From positions 11,098,001 through 11,162,000 of the forward strand of contig NC_043003.1 in NCBI RefSeq assembly GCF_006345805.1: 64,000 bases of DNA, read 5' to 3'. Under the pieces are notes generated by a model. The model was given only the letters and a program-made list of their open reading frames with translations, was not told the DNA's origin and did not search any database. The position numbers were made by a program, and so were the translations under genes. Positions 49,091 through 62,630 of the stretch are shown here, piece by piece (position 1 is the first letter of the stretch; each line of letters begins with the position of its first letter). Origin of the DNA: Octopus sinensis. Its lineage: Eukaryota.

Positions 49091-50587
49091 ACATTATTGG
49101 ACCTTGGGTGTAAAAGTAGACACCTGATGAGGTGCATCCCGCACTAGTGGATGCAACACGACTAACTATACATTATACCACCTTCAAGGGACAGATGCGG
49201 GATGAGTCAAAACGATTGTTGTGTTGAATAAAGGGTCTTGCTAACTCTATTTTTTATTTCCCCCATTTATTATATATATATATCATCATCATCATTGTTT
49301 AAGGATGTGTGTATGTATGTGTGTGTATTCTTTTATTCTTTTATTTGTTTCAGTCATTTGACTGTGGCCATGCTGGAGCACTCCTTTAGTTGAACAAATT
49401 GACTCCAGGACTTATTCTTTGTAAGCCTAGTACTTATTCTATTGGTCTCTTTTGATGAACCACTAAGTTATGGGGACGTAAACACACCAACATCAGATGT
49501 CAAGTGATGGTGGGGGGTACAAATGCAGACACATATGTGCCGCAGAGGAAGGTTATGAAACCAAGTGTGTGGGTCCCTTCCTGGCAAGTATGTGTGTGTA
49601 TGTGCATCTTTGTGTTTGTGTTTGTTGCCCTACCACTTGACAACCGATGTTGGTTCATTTACATCCCCATAACTTAGCAGTGTGGCAAAAGAGACTGACT
49701 GAATAATTACCAGATTTTTAATAAAACTACAGTATCCACTGGAGCTGATTTGCTAAATTAAAGCCTCAGGGTGGTGCTCCAGCATGGCCACAGTCTGAAA
49801 CAAGTAAATGGTGAAAAATAAAATTCAAAAGATATATTTGAGTAATAGTGTGTTTGTGAGCATGTGTATGTGCGTGTGTATGTGTGTGTGTATGTGTATG
49901 AGTGTGTATGTGTGTGTGTATGTGTATGAGTGTGTATGTGTGTGTGTATGTGTATGAGTGTGTATGTGTGTGTGTATGTGTGCATGCATTTGCGTGTGTG
50001 CATATGTGTGTTTGCAAATGTATGAGTATTGTATGTGTGTGTACATGTGTGTGAGTGCATGCATGTGTGTGTGTGCATGTGTGTGTATATACATGTGTGT
50101 ATGCTTGTGTGTGTGCACATGTTTGTGTTTATGTGTGTGTGTGTGTGTCTGTCTGTCTGTCTGTGTGTAGAAACATGATGTCAAATGGCGCTGAGATTAA
50201 TCCATTCAAAGCAAATTCTCGTCCTTCGCCTCAAAAGAAATTGTCCTCTTAAAACAGTCAAAAACTAAAAACTTTATTAGTCTTTAACCATTGGTTGGCT
50301 TAAATTAGGGTGAATACCAATCTTTAATTTGAGTGAAAAACAAACTGTATACAGGATACTCCCCAACCAACATATGATGAAGCGAAACACCACCGCACTG
50401 GGATGATGGTGGGAAGCCAATTTGCATGAAAGAGCAAAACCATCGAAATAATTCAGGTGAGATATCCACAACAATCCATAAAATTCAAACAAGTCACATC
50501 CAGCTCAGACATTCTTCCTGTTTTATGTTAAAACTAGCCAGGTCTGGCCTCTCACACTTACCCTACAATGTCATTCTAAAAATAAAC

Positions 50588-50742
50588 ATAGGCGCAGGCA
50601 TGGCTGTGTGGTAAGAAGCTTGCTTCCTAGCCACATGATTCTGGGTTCAGTTCTACTGTGTGGCACCTTGGGCAAGTGTCTTCTACTATAGCCTCAGGCC
50701 AACCAAGTGGAGTTTGGTAGACGGAAAGTGAAAGAAGCCTGT

Positions 50743-50785
<43 letters not shown>

Positions 50786-51070
50786 TATATAATATATATA
50801 TATATATATATTATTTATTTATATACATATATATTATTTATATATATATATACACACACATATATATATGTTTGTGTGTCTGTGTTTGTCCCTCCCCCAC
50901 CATCGCTTGACAACCAATGTTGATGCATTCATGTCCCTGAAACTTAGTGGTTCAGCAAAAGAGACCGATAGAATAAGTACTAGGTTTACAGAGAATAAGA
51001 CCTGGGGTCGATTTGTTCAACTAAAGGCGGTGCTCCAGCATGGCCACAGTCAAATGACTGAAACAAGCAA
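50588..51070 (+). mobile_element. SINE family A
   Basis: Family A head, body and tail. Confidence 0.87.
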
Positions 51071-51149
51071 AACAAATTCCCATCAACAACATCTCAAAAC
51101 CACAAGATAACGCATGGCTAATTCAAAATGATGTAAATAAGAATGCATA

Positions 51150-51410
51150 AGGCACATGGCTCAATGGTTAGAGCATCAGGTTCACAATCATCAGGTAATG
51201 AGTTCAATTCCCAGACTGGGCTGTGTGTTGTGTTCTTGAGCAAGACACTTTATTTCATGTTGCTCCAGTTCACTCATCTCTAGGAATGAGTTGTGACGTC
51301 ACTGGTGCCAAACTGTATTGGCCCCTTTGCCCTTCCCTTGGATAACATCAGTGGTGTGGAGAGGGGAGGCTGGCATGCATAGCTGATTGCTGGTCTCCAG
51401 TTGACCAGCT
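51150..51410 (+). mobile_element. tRNA-derived SINE
   Basis: GGCACATGGCTCAATGGTTAGAGC...GAGTTCAATTCCCAG...CTTGAGCAAGACACTT. Confidence 0.7.
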
Positions 51411-52207
51411 CCTGTGAAACCATCCAACCCATGCCACCATGGAAAACACATGTATGATGATGATGATGTATGTATATATGTATATGTACGTGTGCATCTC
51501 TCTCTATAGATAGATAGATAGATAGATACACAGACAGAAAGACAGATAGACAGACAGACAGATAGACAGACAGACAGACAGACAGACTGATAGATAGATA
51601 GATAAATGACGTATGTATAAATGTACGTGTGTGTATCTTCTTTGTGCTACTGATATGACAAAATCTACCCAGCACACCTTGTAAATCACTGGTTGCAGTG
51701 CAGGAGTTGTGTGTCCTAATGACCCTGAAAGTTATACAAACACAGCACCATCTTCTGGTAGGGCTTCCCATGCCTGACAGATCAAAGAATAGAGACCTGA
51801 GCGATACAGACCATGCAAATACACACACACACACACACACAAACACTATTCATAGTGTTTGAGGAAGTCATGACACACCAGCATTTGTTGTTGTTGTTGC
51901 TGATGTCGCTTTAAACATGAATCTATCATGTAGATATAGATGTGCATACAGCATATGTATACATTACATACACAGACAAACACAACACACGTCTGTGTGT
52001 GTGTGTGTGTGTGTATATACACATACACACATCATCATCACTATCATCATTTGATGTCCATTTTCCCATTCTGGCATGGGTTGGGTAGTGTACATACATA
52101 TACATACATATATATATATGTATAAAAAATATATATAAAAATACAAAATGGGACAAGAACGCAAAACATATATATATGTATATATATATGTATATGTTTA
52201 TATATGT

Positions 52208-52240
<33 letters not shown>

Positions 52241-52429
52241 TGGATATATAAATATATATATATATACATATATACATATATATGGGTATATATATATATG
52301 TATTTATATAATCATATATTATATATATATATATGTATGTGTATACATTTATATATACATATAATATATATAAATATATTATATGATATATATTATATAT
52401 CACATATATATATATATATATACATACAC

Positions 52430-53697
52430 ACACACAAACACACACTCAAATATACCCCCACAGCTAAATGCCTACATATGCAAACACACATGCAATTTCT
52501 TTTCCTTTTCCCATTTTCCCCTTTTCTTTTATTTGACAAATATTATTTAAAATCTGTATAGCTTTAACCATGCATTTCTATGCACATATATATATATACA
52601 CACCACTGCATCCCATATGGGCAAATATAGTACAATTTAATACACATAATTCTTAGTTTGGTATGAATACAGTTAATGATGCACCTAAAAAGGGGTAGGG
52701 GGTGGAGATTCTAAACAAAAGTACCAAACATTGGTATGTTCAAAGATCAAATAATACAAGTATAGTTTATTGAAATCTCTCGAAAGAGATTTCTCCCCGT
52801 TCAATGCATGTTTACTTGTTAATCTACAATGTGTAAGAATCTTCCCCCAGCAACAATGAAACGAGGCCAGAGAGAAGAGGACTAAATACTTTATTATATA
52901 TATATATATATATACACACACATACACAGACGCACACACACATACACACACACACCACACACATATATATATATATATATATATACATATACATATTAGT
53001 GTTTGTGTGTGTATGTATTTATGAATGCATGTATGTAGAATATATGAATGTACAGAGGTATGTGTGTGTGTGTATGTGTGTGTTTTATGCATATATGTAT
53101 GTATGCATGTTTGTTGTATGTATATATATATATATTAATACATATATATGTGTGTGTGTGTATATATATATACACACGCACACACATGCACATGTAATAT
53201 ATCTGTAAAAAATATATATGTACAAAGGCACATACACATGTATATATAAATAATGCACACACACACACACATACACACACAAACGTACATACAGAATGTG
53301 TCTATTTATCTACATATATACACACATATATATTGATACATACATATATACATGTATTTGTGTAAATATACACATACACAGATTCATATATGTATGTATG
53401 TATGTATGTATGTATATATGTTTGTCATTATGCTTACCCATTTATGCATAAATATATATACATATACTGCTGAAGTCAAGTTTGCCTTTCATCCTTTCGG
53501 GGTCGATAAATTAAGTACCAGTTGCATACTGGGGTCAATCTAATCGACTGGCCCCCCCCCACCAAAATAATTCGGGCCTTGTGCCTAGAGTAGAAAAGAA
53601 TATATATACATATATAGGTATGAATATATAAAGGAGAAAAGAGGGGTAGAGAAAGAGAGGAGAAAGAAAAATAAAAGAAAAGAAAAAAGAAAGAAGA

Positions 53698-53728
<31 letters not shown>

Positions 53729-53730
53729 GA

Positions 53731-53764
<34 letters not shown>

Positions 53765-54068
53765 AGAGGAAGAAAGGAGAGAATGATTGGTTCTATGTAA
53801 ATTATATGTTCTTCAAGGCTTGCAGAACAGTTTGTCAAGACTAAAATGGCTATGCACCAGTCTTGAATGATTGTAAGAGAGAACCTGGTTGATTAGTGGT
53901 GGGTTTGGCAGGCAAGGGTTTTGTAAGGTTTGGTAAGGGGTCTGCTGTTTTATATTACTGGGTTTCTTCATTGTGAAGTATTAAATGAGCAGTTGTCTAT
54001 GTGTGTATATATGTCTTAGTGCTTATGAGTGTGTGTGTATATATATATATATACACACACACACACTC

Positions 54069-54100
<32 letters not shown>

Positions 54101-54630
54101 CATATATATATATACACATATATATATATACACACACATATATATATACACATATATATATACATACACACACACAAACACACACTCAAATATACCCCCA
54201 CAGCTAAATGCCTACATATGCAAACACACATGCAATTTCTTTTCCTTTTCCCCTTTTCCCCTTTTCTTTTATTTGACAAATATTATTTAAAATCTGTATA
54301 GCTTTAACCATGCATTTCTATGCACATATATATATATACACACCACTGCATCCCATATGGGCAAATATAGTACAATTTAATACACATAATTCTTAGTTTG
54401 GTATGAATACAGTTAATGATGCACCTAAAAAGGGGTAGGGGTGGAGATTCTAAACAAAAGTACCAAACATTGGTATGTTCAAAGATCAAATAATACAAGT
54501 ATAGTTTATTGAAATCTCTCGAAAGAGATTTCTCCCCGTTCAATGCATGTTTACTTGTTAATCTACAATGTGTAAGAATCTTCCCCCAGCAACAATGAAA
54601 CGAGGCCAGAGAGAAGAGGACTAAATACTT

Positions 54631-54665
<35 letters not shown>

Positions 54666-55431
54666 TACACAGACGCACACACACATACACACACACACAC
54701 ATATATATATATATACATATACATATTAGTGTTTGTGTGTGTATGTATTTATGAATGCATGTATGTAGAATATATGAATGTACAGAGGTATGTGTGTGTG
54801 TGTATGTGTGTGTTTTATGCATATATGTATGTATGCATGTTTGTTGTATGTATATATATTATATATATTAATACATATATATGTGTGTGTGTGTATATAT
54901 ATATACACACGCACACACATGCACATGTAATATATCTGTAAAAAATATATATGTACAAAGGCACATACACATGTATATATAAATAATGCACACACACACA
55001 CACATACACACACAAACGTACATACAGAATGTGTCTATTTATCTACATATATACACACATATATATTGATACATACATATATACATGTATTGTGTAAATA
55101 TACACATACACAGATTCATATATGTATGTATGTATGTATGTATGTATATATGTTTGTCATTATGCTTACCCATTTATGCATAAATATATATACATATACT
55201 GCTGAAGTCAAGTTTGCCTTTCATCCTTTCGGGGTCGATAAATTAAGTACCAGTTGCATACTGGGGTCAATCTAATCGACTGGCCCCCTCCCCACCAAAA
55301 TAATTCGGGCCTTGTGCCTAGAGTAGAAAAGAATATATATACATATATAGGTATGAATATATAAAGGAGAAAAGAGGGGTAGAGAAAGAGAGGGAGAAAG
55401 AAAAATAAAAGAAAAGAAAAAAGAAAGAAGA

Positions 55432-55462
<31 letters not shown>

Positions 55463-55464
55463 GA

Positions 55465-55498
<34 letters not shown>

Positions 55499-55903
55499 AG
55501 AGGAAGAAAGGAGAGAATGATTGGTTCTATGTAATTATATGTTCTTCAAGGCTTGCAGAACAGTTTGTCAAGACTAAAATGGCTATGCACCAGTCTGAAT
55601 GATTGTAAGAGAGAACCTGGTTGATTAGTGGTGGGTTTGGCAGGCAAGGGTTTTGTAAGGTTTGGTAAGGGGTCTGCTGTTTTATATTACTGGGTTTCTT
55701 CATTGTGAAGTATTAAATGAGCAGTTGTCTATGTGTGTATATATGTCTTAGTGCTTATGAGTGTGTGTGTATATATATATATACACACACACACACTCAT
55801 ATATATATATATATATATAATATATATATATATATACATACATACATATATATATATACACATATATATATACACACACATATATATATACACATATATA
55901 TAT

Positions 55904-55905
<2 letters not shown>
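52430..55905. repeat. Near-identical tandem duplication, unit about 1.74 kb
   Basis: Anchor CACACTCAAATATACCCCCA at 52441 and 54181; non-microsatellite differences are mostly 1-bp indels. Confidence 0.92.
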
Positions 55906-55939
<34 letters not shown>

Positions 55940-55970
55940 ACACACACATATATGTATATATATGAATAGG

Positions 55971-56170
55971 AGGGGGTGTTGAAAAGTTCCTGTCTTTGGG
56001 TAAATAGAAAATACAGGAGCATCAGTTAATTATGATTTTATTCAACATTATCCCCTCTCAGATTCACATGCTTATTGTAGCAGTCTTTCAGTTTTTCTAA
56101 GCCCTGTAGAAAGGAAGAAAGGAGAGGCCCTTCACGATACCCTTAAATCTAGGAACTTTTCAGCACCCCT
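55971..56170. mobile_element. mariner-type MITE
   Basis: TIRs AGGGGGTGTTGAAAAGTTCCT / AGGAACTTTTCAGCACCCCT. Confidence 0.65.
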
Positions 56171-56934
56171 TTCTATATGTCTCAGTAGCTTTCTGTACAT
56201 ATATGTCTTCGTTCCTATGCACTCCCACATAAGAAGTACCATTATTTTGCATGAAGAGTTTGTGGAATAACAAATTTAGTATGGTAAAATTTATTTGCCA
56301 ACAGAATGTGACAGTCCTACAAAGGACAATATTACTGCTGTTTAGCCCCAGGAAAACATCTTTCCCAGCTGGCTACCAACACACAATCTGTGACCTTATA
56401 GTATGAGCAAGGGAGTTTATCACTCCCATCTCTAGCCTTCATGATACTCACAGATCTAGGTTTCTGGATTGTTGCCCATCTCTGGTGCAAAATAATCACA
56501 GGCCAATGATGAGGGCTTACTCAACTTGTTCATGCTATATACTTTTTGAGCGACACATAGTCACTGATCTCATAAAGAGAAAAACAGCTAGTTTTAAATC
56601 TCTGAGCAAGAGATATGCAATTACAGTACCAAACAGTAAAGTTTATTTGCCAACTGAATGTGACAGTCCTACAAAGGATGATGTTACTGAGTAGGACTGC
56701 CACATTCTATTGTTGTTTTTCTCCTTAAATTTAGTGTTTCATCAAACACTTATTGAAAGATATTTTAAGGTGGTTTTGTTGGAAAAATGTGTGATCCTGT
56801 GCCTGTAAATAAAAATGCTATGACAGTATAACTGGGATAAAGCATAAAACCATAAATTTATCATAAAAAAACTACATTGTATAAGTAAGGTATTCTGATT
56901 CTATTTTCTTTCAGATCAACTTTTAATCTTTTAT

Positions 56935-57347
56935 TCGCTTACTTGTTTCAGTCATTTGACACTGGCCATGCTGGAACACTGTTTTAAAGGGTTTTTACGT
57001 TGAAGAAATTGACCCCAGGGCTTATTCTTTGTGAGCCTAGTATTTATTCTTTCGTTCTCTTTTGCCAAACCACTAAGCTACGGGGATGTAAATGCACCAA
57101 CATCAGTTGCCAAGCGGTGGTGGGGGGACAAACATAGACACAAACACACATAAATATATACATACATGTACATACACACATACATACATATATATGATAG
57201 GCTTCTTTCAGTTCCTATCTACCAAATCCGCAAGGCTTTGGTCGGCCCGGGGCTATAGTAGAAGACACTCACCCATAGTGCCACACAGTGGGACCGAACC
57301 CAGAACCATGTGGTTGGGAAGCAGGCTTCTTACCACACAGCCATGCC
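56935..57347 (-). mobile_element. SINE family A
   Basis: Reverse family A. Confidence 0.85.
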
Positions 57348-58382
57348 TGGTTTAGTTGTCTATATTTTGGCCAAAAGATTTGCTATACAAAATGTAAAAC
57401 TCTTATTTCTGGCTACTGTGTTTTGTTATTGTAATCAACCACCAAGGTGGTTCACCATTGCTATGATTTTGTTGTCATCTACTCATTACAAATAGACTAA
57501 CAAGCAGATAGAAGTTTCTGAACATTCCTTTTGTCTTTCAAGAAGAATTTTTTATTGAGGTGATTAGATATGTTTCTTAAATGTAACACAGTAATGCAAG
57601 TCACACGTAAGGTGTTACATTTACACTGGCTCTCAGACGAGATTCTTCTTGGGGCTTTTGGAAAGGAACCATACAGTTCCTTCATACATGAGCAGTCATC
57701 ATCAACAGTGTGTAGGTTAGTGGTATAAATCTATTCCAATCATAAGGCTATAAGAAGTACAGTATCAAGGGCCAAACAAGACTAAATAAATTATAAAACT
57801 GTACAAAAGCAAGAAAAAATGGTTTTATTAGATTTATGGAAATATGGTAAATTTACCAAATATTCATAAGTAGACAACTTTTAAAAATTACTGTAAAAAT
57901 TATTTATAACTTGAAGGGTTGGGTGTTATAGGTAAATATATAAAGAATCTAATGCTATTAAATGAAGTTAGAGTAATGTATAGAAAAATTTAAGTAAATA
58001 GAGACAAGCTATTTTCTAAAGGAGGAAAGAAGCAAACAAGCAAGATTTGGAGTAATATGCAAACAAGCATATACACACATATGTACATTTAAAAGCACAC
58101 ACACACACACTTGAAACTTGCATCTGTGTGTGTGTATATATATATACACACACACACACACATACATATATGTACACGCACAATATATATATATATATAT
58201 TGAAATGACTAAACATGAACTGCTATTGGAACTTATATACCATGTACAGGAAACTTTTTTCCAATTCTATACACCATCTTCCTTGAATAATGGAACTACA
58301 ACTACAATATCTGATTTCTATTTTCATTCTCTTATTTCCCTCTACATTCCCTATCTCCTCCTTTCCATAATAATTCAAACTC

Positions 58383-58440
58383 AAATATTTTCTGATGAAG
58401 GGATATCCATAATATCCCAGAAACAGCTGTAAGGCTATTT
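58383..58440 (+). ncRNA. Hammerhead-like motif 1 (second copy 59132-59189)
   Basis: CTGATGA-A-GGGATAT/ATATCCC-A-GAAA, palindromic stem III ACAGCTGT, GTA triplet; stem I has wobbles and one mismatch. Confidence 0.6.
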
Positions 58441-58630
58441 CATTATAAATGTCCTGAAAACTCCTCACAGCCTTGGCTTTGTTATCTCATTCTGTATAAT
58501 ATATACATTTGTATTGCAATATTTTATTTTCCATTGAAAATTTTTTTCACTGTTCTCGGTCTGTTAATGGCTAAGCATTCAGACGAGTATACTGGCATTG
58601 ATGTAACAACATCTGAATATTGTCCAGGTA

Positions 58631-58705
58631 AATCTAGCTGAAGAAAACTAATCAAATTTACGATAACAAACATATTTAAAGAGTCCAAAACCTAGGTACT
58701 AGATT
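58631..58705 (+). ncRNA. Hammerhead-like motif 2, decayed (second copy 59380-59454)
   Basis: Stem I AATCTAG/CTAGATT, CTGAAGA, AAAA for GAAA, palindromic stem III ACCTAGGT, GTA triplet; homologous to 10772-10842. Confidence 0.6.
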
Positions 58706-59708
58706 ATATGATTCTGGGTTGTCCATTTATCTAATGTTTGCTGCCCTCACACGTCAATACATAGTGAAGCTTTACTATAGTGTCATAAATTTATCGACTG
58801 CTATTTCCAGTAAACACTGGTGCCTTGTTGTACCACTACTCTATATATATGTATATATATGTATGTATGTCTGTGTGTATGTATGTATATATATACACAC
58901 ACACACACACATAACATATATGTACACACACAATATATATATATATATATTGAAATGACTAAACATGAACTGCTATTGGAACTTATATACCATGTACAGG
59001 AAACTTTTTTCCAATTCTATACACCATCTTCCTTGAATAATGGAACTACAACTACAATATCTGATTTCTATTTTCATTCTCTTATTTCCCTCTACATTCC
59101 CTATCTCCTCCTTTCCATAATATTCAAACTCAAATATTTTCTGATGAAGGGATATCCATAATATCCCAGAAACAGCTGTAAGGCTATTTCATTATAAATG
59201 TCCTGAAAACTCCTCACAGCCTTGGCTTTGTTATCTCATTCTGTATAATATATACATTTGTATTGCAATATTTTATTTTCCATTGAAAATTTTTTCACTG
59301 TTCTCGGTCTGTTAATGGCTAAGCATTCAGACGAGTATACTGGCATTGATGTAACAACATCTGAAATATTGTCCAGGTAAATCTAGCTGAAGAAAACTAA
59401 TCAAATTTACGATAACAAACATATTTAAAGAGTCCAAAACCTAGGTACTAGATTATATGATTCTGGGTTGTCCATTTATCTAATGTTTGCTGCCCTCACA
59501 CGTCAATACATAGTGAAGCTTTACTATAGTGTCATAAATTTATCGACTGCTATTTCCAGTAAACACTGGTGCCTTGTTGTACCACTACTCTATATATATG
59601 TATATATATGTATGTATGTCTGTGTGTATGTATGTATATATTTACACACACATGTGTACACATATGTATACATATATATATATATGTATACATATATATA
59701 TATATACT

Positions 59709-59765
<57 letters not shown>

Positions 59766-59769
59766 GACT

Positions 59770-59890
59770 CTTTCTTAGAGTGAAAAGTAGACTGTATGAT
59801 GCTTGTGTATGAATGGCTATACTGCATGGTGGTGAGACATGAGCTCTGAATGCAGAAGACATGTGTAGACTGGAGAGAAACAAAGGTAGT
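59770..59890 (+). mobile_element. RTE-type LINE internal coding fragment
   Basis: [33 protein letters not shown] resembles the RTE LYxACVxxAMLHGSETW motif. Confidence 0.65.
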
Positions 59891-60321
59891 ACGACCTGTT
59901 CACTGACAAATGCAGCACGGAATTTTCTCAGTGAACAGGTCGCGGTTGCAAAGCGCTGAAAATATTTTGGTAAATTAAATTCAAATGTTGAAGTGAATCT
60001 AATGGTTTTAGTGTTTCTTAAATGTCTTATAAACACCTTCCATACTGCAATTGTTTTCGTTCCAGCACATGATCTCAGATCAGGTCACTTGCCATGCAAA
60101 TACATCTCCGTGATAAATATATATATATATATATATGGCAAATATTTGTCATATAAATCAAGGGTAAGCCACTTCTTACCCCCATCATATATAATACTCG
60201 ATTGCGAGATTGCCATGGAATAACTAGCACTTTGGTATGAATAATTGGGTACACTACCAGCAGTATATTGGATAGGTACTATCCCTTAGTTGCTTTCTCA
60301 ACCCCTAACTCACACACAAAT

Positions 60322-60376
<55 letters not shown>

Positions 60377-60384
60377 CATATATA

Positions 60385-60720
60385 TCATCATCATCATCAT
60401 CATCATCATCGTTTAACATCCGCTTTCCATGCTAACATGGGTTGGACGGTTCAACTGGGGTCTGGGAAGCCAGAAGGCTGCGCCAGGCTCAGTCTGATCT
60501 GGCAGTGTTTCTACAGCTGGATGCCCTTCCTAACGCCAACCACTCCGTGGGTGTAGTGGGTGCTTTTTACGTGTCACCAGCACAGGTGCCAGACGATGCT
60601 GGCAAACAGCCACGATCGGATGGTGCTTTTTACGTGCCACCGGCACGGAGGCCAATCAGGGCGGCGCTGGCAGCGGCCACATTTGGATGGTTCTCTTACG
60701 TACCACCGGCACTGGTATCA
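60385..60720 (-). mobile_element. RTE-type LINE 3' UTR fragment
   Basis: (CAT)n-CGTTTAACATCCGCTTTCCATG plus 60-bp units. Confidence 0.8.
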
Positions 60721-61439
60721 CAGCTGTGTATATATATTATATTAATATATATGATGAATATGTGAGTATGTACGTGTGTGTTTATGTGTGTTTGTATGAT
60801 TGTGTGTGTGTGTGTGTGTGTGTATTTGTGTGTGCTTGTGATGGGCTTCTGCACAGTTTCCATTTGTATCTCCCAAATTCCCATTCACAAGGCGTCGATC
60901 AATACAACCTGAAACTAAAGTAGAAGATACTTTCCTTAAGGTGTCACAGAAAGCAGATCGGAAAGTGGGGGCGGAAGCAGGTGGGAGTGAGGGGGGAGTG
61001 TCAAACCTAGAAGCAGCAAACGGTTGTGAAGCAAACGTCTAAACAATACAATCACAACTGCAGATTTCAACAGAATTTATTGACAGGTGGAGGGAAAGAT
61101 GAATGCATTTCATTAGTAAGACTGGTTTAAGATTTCCAAAGAATGGTACGGCATCTTATTTTGAATAATGCTCCGAAGATCAACGACCATCACAGAGGTC
61201 TCTCTTTTGTGAATGACAACGACTTCAATGACTCATGGCCTGTTTTGTATTACTGTATCGGTAGCATCTTAAGGAAATTACTTTTTCTACTGCAATAATA
61301 CATCTCCAGGTTTTCTCGTCAGTGACTAACACGTTTCTGAGGTCAGCAGATATGTCAGATTGGACAACAAAATGCTTCAGAACAACTTTTAAATTGAGAT
61401 TTGTTCAACCATGTTTGTGTGTGACAGACGCTAGTTTCT

Positions 61440-61810
<371 letters not shown>

Positions 61811-62329
61811 GTGTAGGTGGTATAGGATATCCTATTGTTGATATCCTTTTGCGTTTGAGCATCTTCCTTTCACAAGACATGACATGTTCTACGCAATACG
61901 GATGGAGGAAGACTTAAATGTGAGTTCATTGCCTCACATGATATCAACAATACAGTATTAGAAGATAAAAGTCACATGGAAATCTCCGAAATTGAACCAA
62001 CACATTTGGTTGACTTTGCTCTTTCGCCATTCCAACAGCTAATAGAAAAAAAATATGTATTTATATATATATAGGGTACCAGTTATGTAATGGAGTCCAT
62101 TTCATTGAGTACCTCTTAGGTCATTTTCATTCAAAGATATGGCTGTGTGGAAAGAAGTTTATTTCCCAACCACATGGCTTTGAGTTCAGTTGCAAGGTCT
62201 TGTAAGTGGATTTTATGGATGGAAACTGAAAGAAGCTCATCAAATAAATAAATAAATATGTACATAGATACATACACACACATATATACACACACACATA
62301 CATACACACATACATACACACACATACAT

Positions 62330-62381
<52 letters not shown>

Positions 62382-62481
62382 TCATACATACATATACACA
62401 CACAGTAAAATGCCTTCAGAAGTTAAAATATGTGACAAACACATTTGAACTAACCCAAAGTTTACCTCTCAAAACTGCTTA

Positions 62482-62482
62482 G

Positions 62483-62531
<49 letters not shown>

Positions 62532-62584
62532 CACTACTACTACTACTACTACCACCACCACCACCACCACTACCACTACTACTG

Positions 62585-62630
<46 letters not shown>
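62482..62630. repeat. (CTA)n/(CCA)n microsatellite
   Basis: Direct reading. Confidence 0.95.

Larger units (their letters stand above)
58130..59640 (+). mobile_element. Tandem duplication (unit about 750 bp) of a PLE-like 3' segment with two hammerhead motifs per unit
   Basis: Anchors at 58201/58951; HHR motifs at 58383-58440, 58631-58705, 59132-59189 and 59380-59454. Upstream coding remnant ELIYHVQETFFQFYTPSSLNNG weakly resembles GIY-YIG C-termini. Confidence 0.7.

Noticed and set aside
61290-61335. Hammerhead at minus-strand CTGACGAG
   Set aside because: No stem II closure or GAAAC downstream.
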